Positions 18,333 through 28,549 of a stretch of DNA of 64,000 nt are shown here, in pieces. The stretch covers positions 2,269-66,268 of the forward strand of contig CAZBGI010000010.1 of the NCBI GenBank assembly GCA_964491395.1, in the 5' to 3' direction. Under the pieces are notes generated by a model. That model made no database searches and was not told where the DNA came from. It saw only the letters and a program-made list of their open reading frames with translations. Each line of letters begins with the position of its first letter. The first letter of the stretch is position 1. The DNA comes from an uncultured Bacteroidales bacterium (GTDB lineage: Bacteria; Bacteroidota; Bacteroidia; Bacteroidales; UBA7960). The position numbers and the translations under genes are program-made.

Positions 18333-19622
18333 ATGGCTGCTGAAAAACACATTAATATCATAACCCTGGGTTGTTCGAAAAACCTGGTGGATTCAGAGAA
18401 AATAATGGGTCAACTTCAACATGGTCCTTTTCGAATTACCCATGATGCCGACGGCCCTTCTGATATTGTGATAATCAATACCTGTGGTTTTATTGGTGAT
18501 GCCAAAGAAGAATCCATTGATACGATATTGCAGTATACCGAAGCAAAAAAAAAGGGGCTGGTGCAGGAGGTAATTGTTACCGGCTGCTTGTCGCAGCGCT
18601 ATAAAGATGCGCTCAAGGAAGAGATACCAGAGGCTGATGCCTGGTTTGGTGTCGATAATCCTTCAGAGCTTTTCGGATACCTGCGGCAAAAATACGCTCA
18701 TCATAACCAGGAACGACTCCTTACTACTCCTTCTCATTTTGCCTATTTGAAAATTGCAGAAGGTTGTGATCGGACCTGCTCTTTTTGTGCAATTCCCTTA
18801 ATCCGTGGTAAGTTTGTTTCCCGCACCATCGGGAGCCTGGTGGAAGAAGCTACTGAATTATCCCGAAAAGGGGTGAAGGAGTTGTTGCTGATTGCACAGG
18901 ATTTAAGTTATTATGGCTATGATTTAGAGAAAAGGAGCATGTTGGCAGATTTACTTCGCCAACTAGTAAAAATTGACGGCATTGAATGGATTCGTCTTCA
19001 TTATGCATACCCCCGGAACTTTCCCGAAGATGTTATTGACCTGATGGCTGAAGAACCCAAAATCTGCAGGTATCTGGATATTCCGCTACAACATATTAGT
19101 GATACGGTGCTAAAATCGATGCGGCGCAACAATAATAAAGCTACCACCCTGTCGTTGCTTGAGACTTTTCGTCGCAAAGTTCCCGATGTAGCTCTGCGTA
19201 CTACCTTGCTTGTGGGATATCCGGGTGAAACCTCTGAACATTTTAAGGAATTGCTGGATTTTGTTAAAGAAACCCGGTTTGAAAGGTTGGGAGTGTTTAC
19301 TTATTCACCCGAGGAAGGTACAAAGGCTTTTCAACTGGAGGATACCCTCACGGCAGAGGAAAAACAGCAAAGGGCTGATACTCTGATGGATATACAACAA
19401 CAAATTTCGTGGCAACTGAATGAAGAAAAAGTCGGGAAAACCTTTCGGGTTTTAGTTGACAGGGAAGAAGAAGAATTCTTTGTAGGAAGAACAGAATACG
19501 ATTCCCCCGAGGTTGATAACGAAGTATATGTCGCTAAAAGTGAGGGAATGATTCCGGGTGAATTTTACAACGTAAAAATTACCTCTGCCTCTGATTTTGA
19601 TTTAACTGGAGAAAAGGTCTAA
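18333..19622 (+). CDS. rimO: Ribosomal protein S12 methylthiotransferase RimO
   Basis: N-terminal MTTase domain (LGCSKNLVDSE), radical-SAM CDRTCSFC motif and a C-terminal TRAM domain. Confidence 0.9.
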   Translation: MAAEKHINIITLGCSKNLVDSEKIMGQLQHGPFRITHDADGPSDIVIINTCGFIGDAKEESIDTILQYTEAKKKGLVQEVIVTGCLSQRYKDALKEEIPEADAWFGVDNPSELFGYLRQKYAHHNQERLLTTPSHFAYLKIAEGCDRTCSFCAIPLIRGKFVSRTIGSLVEEATELSRKGVKELLLIAQDLSYYGYDLEKRSMLADLLRQLVKIDGIEWIRLHYAYPRNFPEDVIDLMAEEPKICRYLDIPLQHISDTVLKSMRRNNNKATTLSLLETFRRKVPDVALRTTLLVGYPGETSEHFKELLDFVKETRFERLGVFTYSPEEGTKAFQLEDTLTAEEKQQRADTLMDIQQQISWQLNEEKVGKTFRVLVDREEEEFFVGRTEYDSPEVDNEVYVAKSEGMIPGEFYNVKITSASDFDLTGEKV

Positions 19623-19664
19623 ATGAGCTAAATATCGAAGTGTAGGAAGGATATCGTCAATAAC

Positions 19665-19704
19665 AAAAAACCCTTGATACAATGATATGTACAAGGGTTT
19701 TTTT
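19665..19704. terminator. Bidirectional terminator between rimO and the tRNA gene
   Basis: CCCTTG...CAAGGG stem (19671-19697) flanked by A6 and T7. Confidence 0.6.
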
Positions 19705-19705
19705 G

Positions 19706-19779
19706 TAGCGGGGACGAGAGTTGAACTCGTGACCTTCGGGTTATGAATCCGACGCTCTAACCACCTGAGCTACCCCGCC
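19706..19779 (-). tRNA. tRNA with CAU anticodon (elongator tRNA-Met, or tRNA-Ile2 if lysidine-modified)
   Basis: The minus strand reads GGCGGGGTAGCTCAGGTGGTTAGAGCGTCGGATTCATAACCCGAAGGTCACGAGTTCAACTCTCGTCCCCGCTA. It folds as a cloverleaf with a G1-U72 pair. It lacks initiator features (no C1xA72 mismatch, no three G-C pairs in the anticodon stem), and CCA is not encoded. Confidence 0.9.
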
Positions 19780-19895
19780 GCTTTGTTTGTTTTAATGAGC
19801 TTTCCTTGTGTTTGGCAGCCTTTGTGCTGTCGTTTTGAGTGGTGCAAAAATAGTAAAGAAATTTAATATACAAGGGATAATTAAAAAAAAGTTTC

Positions 19896-20795
19896 CTAAA
19901 CTTTCTTTGCCCTTTTCAAGCTTGCAGACTGGCTTAAGAAAATACCTGATATAACAATAATGATTCCCAGTATTTTGCTGATATCGATGCTTTCTCGCAA
20001 CAGGAAATAGGAGAACACAGCGGTAAATACAGGAATCAGATTGGCAAAGACAGAGGCACGGGCAACCCCGATAACCCTCACTGCTATGGTGAAAAACATA
20101 AATGCCAGAGTGGATGCAAATATGGCCAGTTTTACAAGGGCCCAAATTAATTCAGCAGTAGGTTTTACAGTAACAAAAGAGGAAAAGTCAAAAATCAGGA
20201 ACAAGGGGAGAAAAAACAAGGCACCCAGCAGGTTCTGAACTTTGATGATGGTAAAGGAAGAATATTTAAACGATAGCTTTTTCAGATAAATGATGTTAAT
20301 CAGAGCTGAAGCAACTGCCAGGAAAAGCAATCCGATACCCAAAGGAGATGCGCTAAAACGAAACTCAAAATCCAGCACCATGATGATGACACCGGTAAAT
20401 GAAATGAAAAAGCCAATCAGGTTGAGCCTTGTTATTCGTTCCCCGAAAACCATATATCCCAGCAAAGGAGTAAAGACAGGGATGGTTGCAATGATGACCG
20501 CTGCAATGGTGGGAGTTACAAATTTTAAGCCGAAACTTTCCCCAATAAAATAGAGAAAAGGAGAAAAAAACGTCAATAACGCAAATGCCTTATAATCCTG
20601 TTTTTGTATTTTCTCCTTCTTACCCAGCAACCCCAGGATAAGAAAAAGAAAAACTGAAGATAAACTCAATCTAAGAAACATGGTGGTGATGGGCTCATAG
20701 TAGTTGTATACCACTTTCATCCAAACGTAGGAAATTCCCCAGAATATAATGGCCAGTAAAGTCAGAAGGTAAACCAGTAATACATTTTTTTGCAT
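19896..20795 (-). CDS. EamA/DMT-family transporter
   Basis: 299 aa, about 10 TM segments, two-fold EamA-like repeat pattern. Confidence 0.8.
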   Translation of the reverse strand: MQKNVLLVYLLTLLAIIFWGISYVWMKVVYNYYEPITTMFLRLSLSSVFLFLILGLLGKKEKIQKQDYKAFALLTFFSPFLYFIGESFGLKFVTPTIAAVIIATIPVFTPLLGYMVFGERITRLNLIGFFISFTGVIIMVLDFEFRFSASPLGIGLLFLAVASALINIIYLKKLSFKYSSFTIIKVQNLLGALFFLPLFLIFDFSSFVTVKPTAELIWALVKLAIFASTLAFMFFTIAVRVIGVARASVFANLIPVFTAVFSYFLLRESIDISKILGIIIVISGIFLSQSASLKRAKKV

Positions 20796-20814
20796 GGATT
20801 TTATAAAATTTGCG

Positions 20815-20822
20815 CAAACCTA
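20815..20822 (-). promoter_or_regulatory. Bacteroidota-type -7 promoter box upstream of the EamA gene
   Basis: The minus strand reads TAGGTTTG (exact TAnnTTTG), 19 nt upstream of the ATG. Confidence 0.4.
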
Positions 20823-21056
20823 CGAATTTTTTGCAAGCAAGAGAACGATTCCTGAAACTTGAATGGGTATGGTAAAATATACCGGCGGATTATTTTGGGG
20901 GGATTTTTTGATTTCCACTATCCCATGGGTTAATAAGACCACTTGTTTTATAAACAAATTGTTGATAAATTAATCGAAAATAAAGCAGGAAAACACGCTG
21001 TATCTTCGTTTTTTTTGTATATTGCACCAAACAATAGTTCTTAAAAGTGTTTGCTT

Positions 21057-21440
21057 ATGACTCCTTTACAGAAATTTACCATTGAGTTTCCCATGAAAGT
21101 GTCCCCCCGGTTGCTTTTTACCCTCATCAGCACTTCTGAGGGGCTTGCTCGCTGGTTTGCAGATAAAGTAACCGTTCAGGATGATATTTTCCTTTTTGAG
21201 TGGGAGGGAAGTCAACAGTCAGCAAAGCTGCTGGAATCAAAAGAACCAGAGTATGTGAGGTTTGAATGGACCGATGATTTTCATGAGGGATTTATCCTGG
21301 ATTTACAAATCAGCCATGAACCTGTATCGGGAGAATCGGCCCTTATTGTTAGCGATTATGCTGAGGAGTCTGACATGGACTTTACCCAAATGTGGTGGAA
21401 AACACAACTGGCAAAATTGCAAAGGTCATTTAATAGCTAA
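21057..21440 (+). CDS. START-like / SRPBCC-fold domain protein
   Basis: KFTIEFPMKVSPRLLFTLISTSEGLARWFADKV... resembles Bacteroidota START-like domain proteins. ATG at 21057. Confidence 0.55.
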   Translation: MTPLQKFTIEFPMKVSPRLLFTLISTSEGLARWFADKVTVQDDIFLFEWEGSQQSAKLLESKEPEYVRFEWTDDFHEGFILDLQISHEPVSGESALIVSDYAEESDMDFTQMWWKTQLAKLQRSFNS

Positions 21441-21519
21441 CCTCTGGTCACACCGTCTTAATTGAAAACAAAAAGTAAATCCATTTTACACATTCTTCCC
21501 GCTTCTGTTTGACAATTTC

Positions 21520-23007
21520 TTAAAGTCCCGGTGCCTCAAGTTTAAACCAGTCTTTAACAAAATCGGAATGATCCTTGGGAGCTTTGTAGTGTTTAAACTC
21601 ATTGGCTTTAGGTCTGTACTGGTAGTCTTTGGCCCATTTTGTATAGTTCTTCCGGATATCCTTCAATGCTTCAATTACGTAATAAAGCTCCTGGTCGGTC
21701 ATGGTTGGGTGCAGAGAGAGTCTTATCCAGCCGGGTTTGTCCGATAAGTCGCCGGTATTGATTTTGCTGGTAATACTACGGGAATGTTCATAATCAACAT
21801 TGAGCAGGTAATGTCCATAGGTTCCTGCACAGGCACAGCCCCCTCTTACCTGTATTCCATAACGGTCGTTGAGTAATTTCACTACCAGGTTGTAGTGCAT
21901 GTTCTCAAAATAAAAAGATATTACACCCAGTCTCTCCTGCGTATTGTCAGCAAGGATGCTTAATCCGGGGATGGCTGGAAATTCCTTAAACACGATTTCA
22001 GTCAGTTCATTTTCCCTTTTGTGAATATTCTCAACCCCCATCTGATCTTTCAGATTAATAGCAAGGGCGGCCTTGATGGTCTGCAAAAATCCGGGGGTAC
22101 CGCCATCCTCTCTGAGTTCGATATCGTCGATATATTTGTATTCACCCCAGGGATTGGTCCAGTCTACCGTTCCTCCACCGGGGTTATCGGGCACATCAGA
22201 ATTGTAAATCGAAGAGTCAAAGATTAAAACACCGGGAGTGCCCGGTCCGCCCATGAATTTATGAGGGGAGAACATGACCGCATCCAGTTTTTCCAAGGGA
22301 TCACCAGGATGCATATTAATTTCATCGTAAGGTGCTGAAGCGGCATAATCGATAAAACAGATTCCTTCGTGTTCATGCATTATACGTGCAAGCTCATGCA
22401 CCGGGGTGCGAATGCCCGTTACATTAGAACAGGCTGTAAAAGAGCCGATTTTAAGTTTTCTGTCTTTATGTTTTTCCAGTTCTGTTCTCAGGTTTTCCAA
22501 ATCTATGAGCATATCCCTGCCGGGTTTTATGACAACCACATCTGCAGTAGTTTCAAACCATGAAGTGTGATTGGAATGATGCTCCATATGAGATATAAAG
22601 ACTACGGGTTTTTCATTTTCCTGCATGCATTTTCCGGCAGAGAGTTTACCGCAAACCCTCAAACCCAGAATTCGCTGAAATTTATTGATGATGGTTGTCA
22701 TTCCACTTCCGGCAGTGATGATTACATCCTGTGGGCCGGCATTTACGTGTTCTTTGATTTTTTTATGCGCATAATGATAGGCATTGGTCATAAGCGTGCC
22801 GGTTTCACTGGCTTCGGTATGTGTATTGCCCACAAAAGGGCCAAATTTTTCCAGCAAAGTTGTTTCTACAGGTTTATAAAGCCTGCCGCTGGCAATCCAG
22901 TCAGCATATACCAATTTCTGAATTCCGTAAGGAGAAACAAAAGTTTGATCTATTCCGATAATATTTTTGCGAAACTTCTCAAAATACTTTTCTGATTGCT
23001 CTATCAT
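21520..23007 (-). CDS. Class V aminotransferase-fold PLP enzyme (cysteine desulfurase / selenocysteine lyase-like)
   Basis: SPHKFMGGPGTPGVL (PLP-lysine region) and a HMEHHSN segment; 495 aa. Confidence 0.75.
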   Translation of the reverse strand: MIEQSEKYFEKFRKNIIGIDQTFVSPYGIQKLVYADWIASGRLYKPVETTLLEKFGPFVGNTHTEASETGTLMTNAYHYAHKKIKEHVNAGPQDVIITAGSGMTTIINKFQRILGLRVCGKLSAGKCMQENEKPVVFISHMEHHSNHTSWFETTADVVVIKPGRDMLIDLENLRTELEKHKDRKLKIGSFTACSNVTGIRTPVHELARIMHEHEGICFIDYAASAPYDEINMHPGDPLEKLDAVMFSPHKFMGGPGTPGVLIFDSSIYNSDVPDNPGGGTVDWTNPWGEYKYIDDIELREDGGTPGFLQTIKAALAINLKDQMGVENIHKRENELTEIVFKEFPAIPGLSILADNTQERLGVISFYFENMHYNLVVKLLNDRYGIQVRGGCACAGTYGHYLLNVDYEHSRSITSKINTGDLSDKPGWIRLSLHPTMTDQELYYVIEALKDIRKNYTKWAKDYQYRPKANEFKHYKAPKDHSDFVKDWFKLEAPGL

Positions 23008-23633
23008 ATGGCCGATATTTTTTGGTGCAAAAATGCAAAAAAAAAGTGAATACTTTTGCTTTTTTTAGTTTAACAAGTTATATATCTAAATAAAAATATT
23101 TGTTTAGTATGGTTTCCGGGAATTGTTATTATTCGAACTGAGGATAACTGTAAATGATTATTTTTCGTTCCATTTAAAACCTAAAAGACTGAAAAAACGC
23201 GACAATTCGACTGGTGCAACGATAAATAAATGGTACTTTTATCCTTAATTTGAAACAATTAATTCCTGGTTGATTTACAAGAAAAGAAAACGAGTAATTT
23301 TCTTTGTTAAATATTGGTAATTGCAGGGCTATGCCTAAACATGAAGGTATAATTTTTGTATAAAAGTTTACATGAATCTCTTTGAGAAAAAGAACGATTG
23401 GCATTTTTAGCCTATTCTCTTAGGAATGAACTGCTGATATTATTGCAAACATACACATAAATTAGTTCCGTAGGAACGAAACAATTTAACGGGACAACAC
23501 TGTTTAAGTTGTAATGGTTTTACAAAACTTGTATGAGTCCCTGGCATTGAAAAAGATGGTTTTTTCAGGTTTTCTGAGAGCCGTTGCTTTTAAATATATT
23601 GAAATGATGAACCGATTATAAAAATCTGCTATT

Positions 23634-26600
23634 ATGAATAACTCCGCAAACCTCCCCAAAGCAAAATCAGCAGTAAAAATACTGACCTTTTTTTCTGTTC
23701 TACTAGCCTTGTTTGTAACAGACATAAATTATTCCTACGGGCAATATTTTGGGAGAAACAAACCCAGTTATGAAACCTTCGAATTCGAGGTGTATGAGTC
23801 TCCCCATTTTACCATTTATCATTATTTTGAGAATGATTCGGTCATAAATGCACTTTCCAACCGGTTTGAGCATTGGTATACCCGGCATCAAATGCTTTTC
23901 AAAGACACTTTTGATACTCCTAGTCCTATTCTTATTTATCAAAATCATCCCGATTTTCAGCAAACTACTGCCGTAACGGGTAATATTGGACTGGGAACAC
24001 AAGGGGTAACCGAAGCGATGAAAAACAGGGTTGTAATTCCGGTGCTGGAGTCTAATGCCCAAACAGACCATGTAATCGGGCACGAACTTGTACACGTTTT
24101 TCACTTCAGGGCCTTGTTTATCGATGATTCTTTGTCGTTAAATTCTCTGAGAAATCTTCCCTTGTGGCTGGTAGAAGGAATGGCCGAATATTTCTCCATA
24201 GGTAGTGTAGATGCTCATACTTCCATGGTTATTCGAGATGCCATAAAGCAAGAAGATTTTCCCTCATTGCAAGATATGACCCGCGACTATTCCTACAATC
24301 CTTATCGATATGGCCATTCTTTTGTAGCTTTTGCCGGGCGCACCTGGGGCGATGATATTATTGCACCGCTGTTTAGAGAAACAGCCAAATTTGGGTATGA
24401 AAGAGCCATCGAAAGGGTTATTGGACTTAATGCCAACACCGTTTCTGATTTATGGAAGAGTGCCACCAGTTCTCATTATCAGCAATGGCTTGATGACACC
24501 TTAAAACATCAGGCCAAAGGGAAGGTGCTGGTTGATAGTAATAACGGTGGTGATTTAAATATTTCTCCCTCTCTGAGTCCTGATGGAGAACATATTGCTT
24601 TTTTTTCCGAACGGGATTTGTTTTCCCTGGATCTTTTTCTGGCCAATGCAAAAACCGGAAAAATTATTCGCAAACTTTCCAGTTCAACCCGGAGCAGCGA
24701 TATCGATGCATTTAACTTTTTTGAGTCAGTTGGTAGCTGGTCGCCGGAAGGAGATAAGTTTGTGCATGTGGCGGTAAAAAAAGGGAGGAACCAGCTGGTT
24801 ATTGTTGATGTTAATCGGCCCCGGCGCACCAACCATATTTCAGTGAAAGGAGTTCCTGCACTTAACAATCCCACATGGTCGCCCGATGGCAGGTATATTG
24901 TTTTTACAGGTATTGTAGATGGCATAGGTAATCTGTATCAGCTTGATTTGGAAAATAATGAAGTAGAAATGTTAACCAACGACCAGTACTCATATATTCA
25001 TCCCTCCTGGTCGCCCGATGGAAATTACCTGACCTTTTCTACAGATAAGTTGCCTGAGAAATATAATAATGCAGACACGCTGAGCTATAGCTTTTACGTG
25101 GGTATTATGGATATGCAAAGTACAGATAGAAATGTAAAAGTATTAGATGTTTTTCCTTCGGCAAAGAATGTAAACCCCATATTTGATGCAGAGCAAAAAA
25201 CCATTTATTTTTTGAGTAACAGAGATGGTTTCCGCAATTTGTTTCAATACAACCTTGAAAACGGTAAAGTTTTTCAGCTTACCGATTATTATACGGGCAT
25301 TAGCGGCATTACCCATCTGTCACCGGCGATTACTGTTGCAAGGAATACCGGAGATGTGTCCTACAGTTATTACAATGATGGCAAGTACACGGTTTATAAA
25401 GCTACACCCCAGGATTTTTTGAAAGTAGAAGCAGACCCCTATGACATAAACATGGATGCTGCTACTTTGGCACCTTTATCCAGAAGTACGGAGCCTGTAG
25501 TAGATGAATTTTTAAGCAATGATACCAGCACACCCGCATTCCCTAAAGATTCATTTGAGGTAAAGCCTTACAGACCTAAGTTTGGATTAACATTTATCGG
25601 AAGCAGTGGCGTAGGAGTAGCCACCAGCAGGTTTGGTACCGGTATGCAGGGAGGAGTATCCATGATGTTCAGCGATATAGTAGGAGATAATCAGCTCTTT
25701 TCTATGTTGTCGGTAAATGGTGAAATTTATGATTTTGGCGGTCAGGTAGGATATGTCAACCAAAAACACAGGATTAACTGGGGAGGAAGTGTTTCGCATA
25801 TTCCCTATCCGTTTGCCACATTAAGGTTGGATGAGCAATTTGATGAGGATGGAAATCGTTTAACCGATATCCAATACATTATACAGCGTACCTTTGAAAC
25901 GCAATTCGGGGCTTTTGCCATCTATCCATTATCCACTACCCGTCGTATTGAGATGAGTGCAAGTCAGGCGTGGTATTATTTCAGGCAGGATATTTTTCAT
26001 ACGTATTATTTGAATGGATTTCCCTATGGGCAGGATCGTACCAAAGGAGATACACGTGATGGCTTTAACTTGCAAAGAGTGAGTATTGGGTATGTCGGAG
26101 ACAATTCCTATTTTGGCATGGCTTCACCCATGGCAGGACACAGATACCGCTTCAGTACAGAGAAAATGTTTGGTGAGGTAGATATGTATAATGTTACTGC
26201 CGATTACCGCAAATATTGGTTTCGTAAGCCTTTAAGTGTGGCTTTCAGGGCTTCTCATTTTGGACGTTATGGTAAAAATGCAGAAAATAATCTTTTTTAC
26301 CCTCTTTTCCTGGGATATCCTACTTATATGAGAGGATTTGATTATTCCTCTCTCGGTCAAATCAGTAATGATACTCCGGGAATTGAAAGTCAGGATGATT
26401 TTCAGAGATTTCTGGATAATATTCAGGGTTCCAGGATGTTATTGGGAGGATTAGAACTTAAGTTACCTTTCACTGGTCCCGAAAGACTCGCTCTTATTTC
26501 CAGTGGTTTTTTCTTTACTGAACTGGGTTGGTTTCTGGATGCCGGTATTGCCTGGAGAGAAGGACAGAAACTGGATTGGAATTTCACCAAGGATACTGAT

Positions 26601-26750
26601 ATCCAGCGTTACCCGGTCTTCAGTACAGGTCCCTCCCTGAGAATTAACCTTTTCGGTGCGCTTATCATTGAACCTTATTATGCCATACCCTTCACCCTTG
26701 ACCAAAGATTTAAAGGAGTTTGGGGGCTGAGTTTCTGGCCGGGATGGTAA
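23634..26750 (+). CDS. Large secreted or outer-membrane protein: N-terminal zincin-like motif, PD40 (TolB-like) repeats, C-terminal barrel-like region
   Basis: Signal peptide. HELVH with a downstream EGMAEY. Repeated SPDG/WSPDG PD40 motifs. C-terminal 400 aa has alternating hydrophobic residues and ends in an aromatic (..FWPGW). Confidence 0.6.
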   Translation: MNNSANLPKAKSAVKILTFFSVLLALFVTDINYSYGQYFGRNKPSYETFEFEVYESPHFTIYHYFENDSVINALSNRFEHWYTRHQMLFKDTFDTPSPILIYQNHPDFQQTTAVTGNIGLGTQGVTEAMKNRVVIPVLESNAQTDHVIGHELVHVFHFRALFIDDSLSLNSLRNLPLWLVEGMAEYFSIGSVDAHTSMVIRDAIKQEDFPSLQDMTRDYSYNPYRYGHSFVAFAGRTWGDDIIAPLFRETAKFGYERAIERVIGLNANTVSDLWKSATSSHYQQWLDDTLKHQAKGKVLVDSNNGGDLNISPSLSPDGEHIAFFSERDLFSLDLFLANAKTGKIIRKLSSSTRSSDIDAFNFFESVGSWSPEGDKFVHVAVKKGRNQLVIVDVNRPRRTNHISVKGVPALNNPTWSPDGRYIVFTGIVDGIGNLYQLDLENNEVEMLTNDQYSYIHPSWSPDGNYLTFSTDKLPEKYNNADTLSYSFYVGIMDMQSTDRNVKVLDVFPSAKNVNPIFDAEQKTIYFLSNRDGFRNLFQYNLENGKVFQLTDYYTGISGITHLSPAITVARNTGDVSYSYYNDGKYTVYKATPQDFLKVEADPYDINMDAATLAPLSRSTEPVVDEFLSNDTSTPAFPKDSFEVKPYRPKFGLTFIGSSGVGVATSRFGTGMQGGVSMMFSDIVGDNQLFSMLSVNGEIYDFGGQVGYVNQKHRINWGGSVSHIPYPFATLRLDEQFDEDGNRLTDIQYIIQRTFETQFGAFAIYPLSTTRRIEMSASQAWYYFRQDIFHTYYLNGFPYGQDRTKGDTRDGFNLQRVSIGYVGDNSYFGMASPMAGHRYRFSTEKMFGEVDMYNVTADYRKYWFRKPLSVAFRASHFGRYGKNAENNLFYPLFLGYPTYMRGFDYSSLGQISNDTPGIESQDDFQRFLDNIQGSRMLLGGLELKLPFTGPERLALISSGFFFTELGWFLDAGIAWREGQKLDWNFTKDTDIQRYPVFSTGPSLRINLFGALIIEPYYAIPFTLDQRFKGVWGLSFWPGW

Positions 26751-26803
26751 AATGAATTGCTCCTGCTCAACATGGTAAAAATATCATTGAATTACCGGTT
26801 GGT

Positions 26804-26846
26804 AAAAAAAAAGATGCTGCAAGTCTTATACAGCATCTTTTTTTTT
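26804..26846. terminator. Bidirectional intrinsic terminator shared by the convergent 1038-aa gene and the POT transporter gene
   Basis: GATGCTG (26813-26819) pairs with CAGCATC (26831-26837), flanked by a 9-nt A run and a 9-nt T run. Confidence 0.8.
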
Positions 26847-26876
26847 GTTGGAAAAAGCTAAATGCAGGCAAGTGAT

Positions 26877-28409
26877 TTAGTGTTCACCATGCATAAGTTT
26901 TTTGATAAGGGGCGTAATAAGCAATGCAAGGATAGCAGTGGCGATGGCTATCACACCAATAGAGGTGAATACGTTGGTGTAAGAAAGCAGCGTATTGAAG
27001 CTTGCAATACCTTTTTCGGCAACAATCTCAGGTGAAAGCCCAGTAACAGCTTCGGTGATTTTATCCAGAATACCTCCGTTGGCTTCCATGTCTTTGGTGG
27101 TGAATTTTGCAATGATACCTGCTATATACTGAGCAAATGACATTGACAGGAACCAAACACCCATCATGAAACTCACTACTTTGGCAGGCGACAAACGGGT
27201 AACAACTGACAACCCAATAGGGCTGATAAACAACTCACCGGTAGTGATTAAGAAGTAACCTATGATAAGGAAAGAAAGGGGAACCATGCCTGTTTCTGAA
27301 GCAAAACGTGCACCTAAAGCAAAAATCAAAAATCCAAGGCCTAACTGAGCAATGCCAAATGCAAATTTATAGGGTGTAAACGGATTGAGCTTCATATTGG
27401 CAAGCCATGTCCACAACATAGAAAACGGAATAGCCAGAAGGATGATAAACAGCGGGTTGATACTATTGGTCTGTTCTGCATTCATGAAAATCAAATCAAC
27501 ATTTCGGTCGGCAAACATGGTAATGGTGCTACCAGCTTGCTCGAAAAACGCCCAGAATACCGTACTGAAAAATGCCAGGATAAAAATGGCAATGATTTTT
27601 TCTCGTTCTACGCGGCTAATCTCTAAGAAAGATTTACCAACAATAAATACCACAAAAGCAAGAATGGCATACAGCAAGTAACCTGCAAAATGACTTTTGT
27701 ATATCAAAAAGGTTAATACTGGAACAGAAAGGAAGGAAAGCAAAATTGACCAGAAGGAATTGGAAAAGCCAAAAGATATCTTTTCTCCCAGTCCGGTGAC
27801 TGGTTTGGCGCCATTGTTTCCAAAAGTGCCGTTTTTTATGCCAACTTGAAATACAATAAGTCCGATTATCATGCCTACACCGGCAAGTCCGAAACCATAA
27901 ACACGTCCATATAATTCAGCTACATATCCGCAAACCAGGGGAGAAATAAATGCACCTAAATTGATGCCCATATAAAAAATGGTAAACCCGGCATCTCTGC
28001 GGGGATCTCCCTGTTTGTACAAACCACCTACCATAGAAGATATATTGGGCTTAAACAAACCATTTCCCGTAACAAGAAATCCTAAACCAAAATAAAAGAA
28101 TAATTCTGTTCCCAATGCCATCATAAATAAACCGATGGCCATCATGATACTTCCTGTAATAATTGCTTTTCGGTATCCTAAAAACCTGTCAGCAATCATA
28201 CCCCCCACAACAGGTGTTGCATATACCAATGCCCCGAAAGCTGCATAAATTTCAAAACCTCTTATGTCTGCAGCATTCTCTCCCATGCTGACATAGAGTT
28301 CTTTAACAACATACAATACGAGCAAAGCCCGCATTCCATAATAACTAAACCTTTCCCATAACTCGGCAAAGAAAAGATAGTAGAGTGCCTTAGGATGTCC
28401 TTGTTTCAT
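26877..28409 (-). CDS. Proton-dependent oligopeptide transporter (POT/PTR2 family, DtpT-like)
   Basis: PTR2 signature ELWERFSYYGMRALL; 510 aa with about 14 TM segments. Confidence 0.92.
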   Translation of the reverse strand: MKQGHPKALYYLFFAELWERFSYYGMRALLVLYVVKELYVSMGENAADIRGFEIYAAFGALVYATPVVGGMIADRFLGYRKAIITGSIMMAIGLFMMALGTELFFYFGLGFLVTGNGLFKPNISSMVGGLYKQGDPRRDAGFTIFYMGINLGAFISPLVCGYVAELYGRVYGFGLAGVGMIIGLIVFQVGIKNGTFGNNGAKPVTGLGEKISFGFSNSFWSILLSFLSVPVLTFLIYKSHFAGYLLYAILAFVVFIVGKSFLEISRVEREKIIAIFILAFFSTVFWAFFEQAGSTITMFADRNVDLIFMNAEQTNSINPLFIILLAIPFSMLWTWLANMKLNPFTPYKFAFGIAQLGLGFLIFALGARFASETGMVPLSFLIIGYFLITTGELFISPIGLSVVTRLSPAKVVSFMMGVWFLSMSFAQYIAGIIAKFTTKDMEANGGILDKITEAVTGLSPEIVAEKGIASFNTLLSYTNVFTSIGVIAIATAILALLITPLIKKLMHGEH

Positions 28410-28489
28410 TTTAAGTAGTTTAAGTTGAATAATTGTTTATTTGGTGAATTGTGTTATGATAATTTTTTTAATGGTGTTTCAAAACCTCG

Positions 28490-28497
28490 CAAAGATA
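28490..28497 (-). promoter_or_regulatory. Bacteroidota-type -7 promoter box upstream of the POT transporter gene
   Basis: The minus strand reads TATCTTTG (exact TAnnTTTG), about 80 nt upstream of the ATG. Confidence 0.35.
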
Positions 28498-28549
28498 AAA
28501 AAAACATGATAGTAAAGTAGGAGAAGGTGTGATTGTGATAATTGTTTTT

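Noticed and set aside
23465-23477. Shared palindrome GTTCC-N3-GGAAC in two long spacers (23465-23477 and 36834-36846), considered as a transcription-factor operator
   Set aside because: By rough estimate, about 60 five-bp-arm palindromes with a 3-nt centre are expected in 64 kb. Two of them sharing the same arm by chance is therefore not unlikely (expectation near 1-2). It is worth a genome-wide motif search but is not supportable from this window alone.
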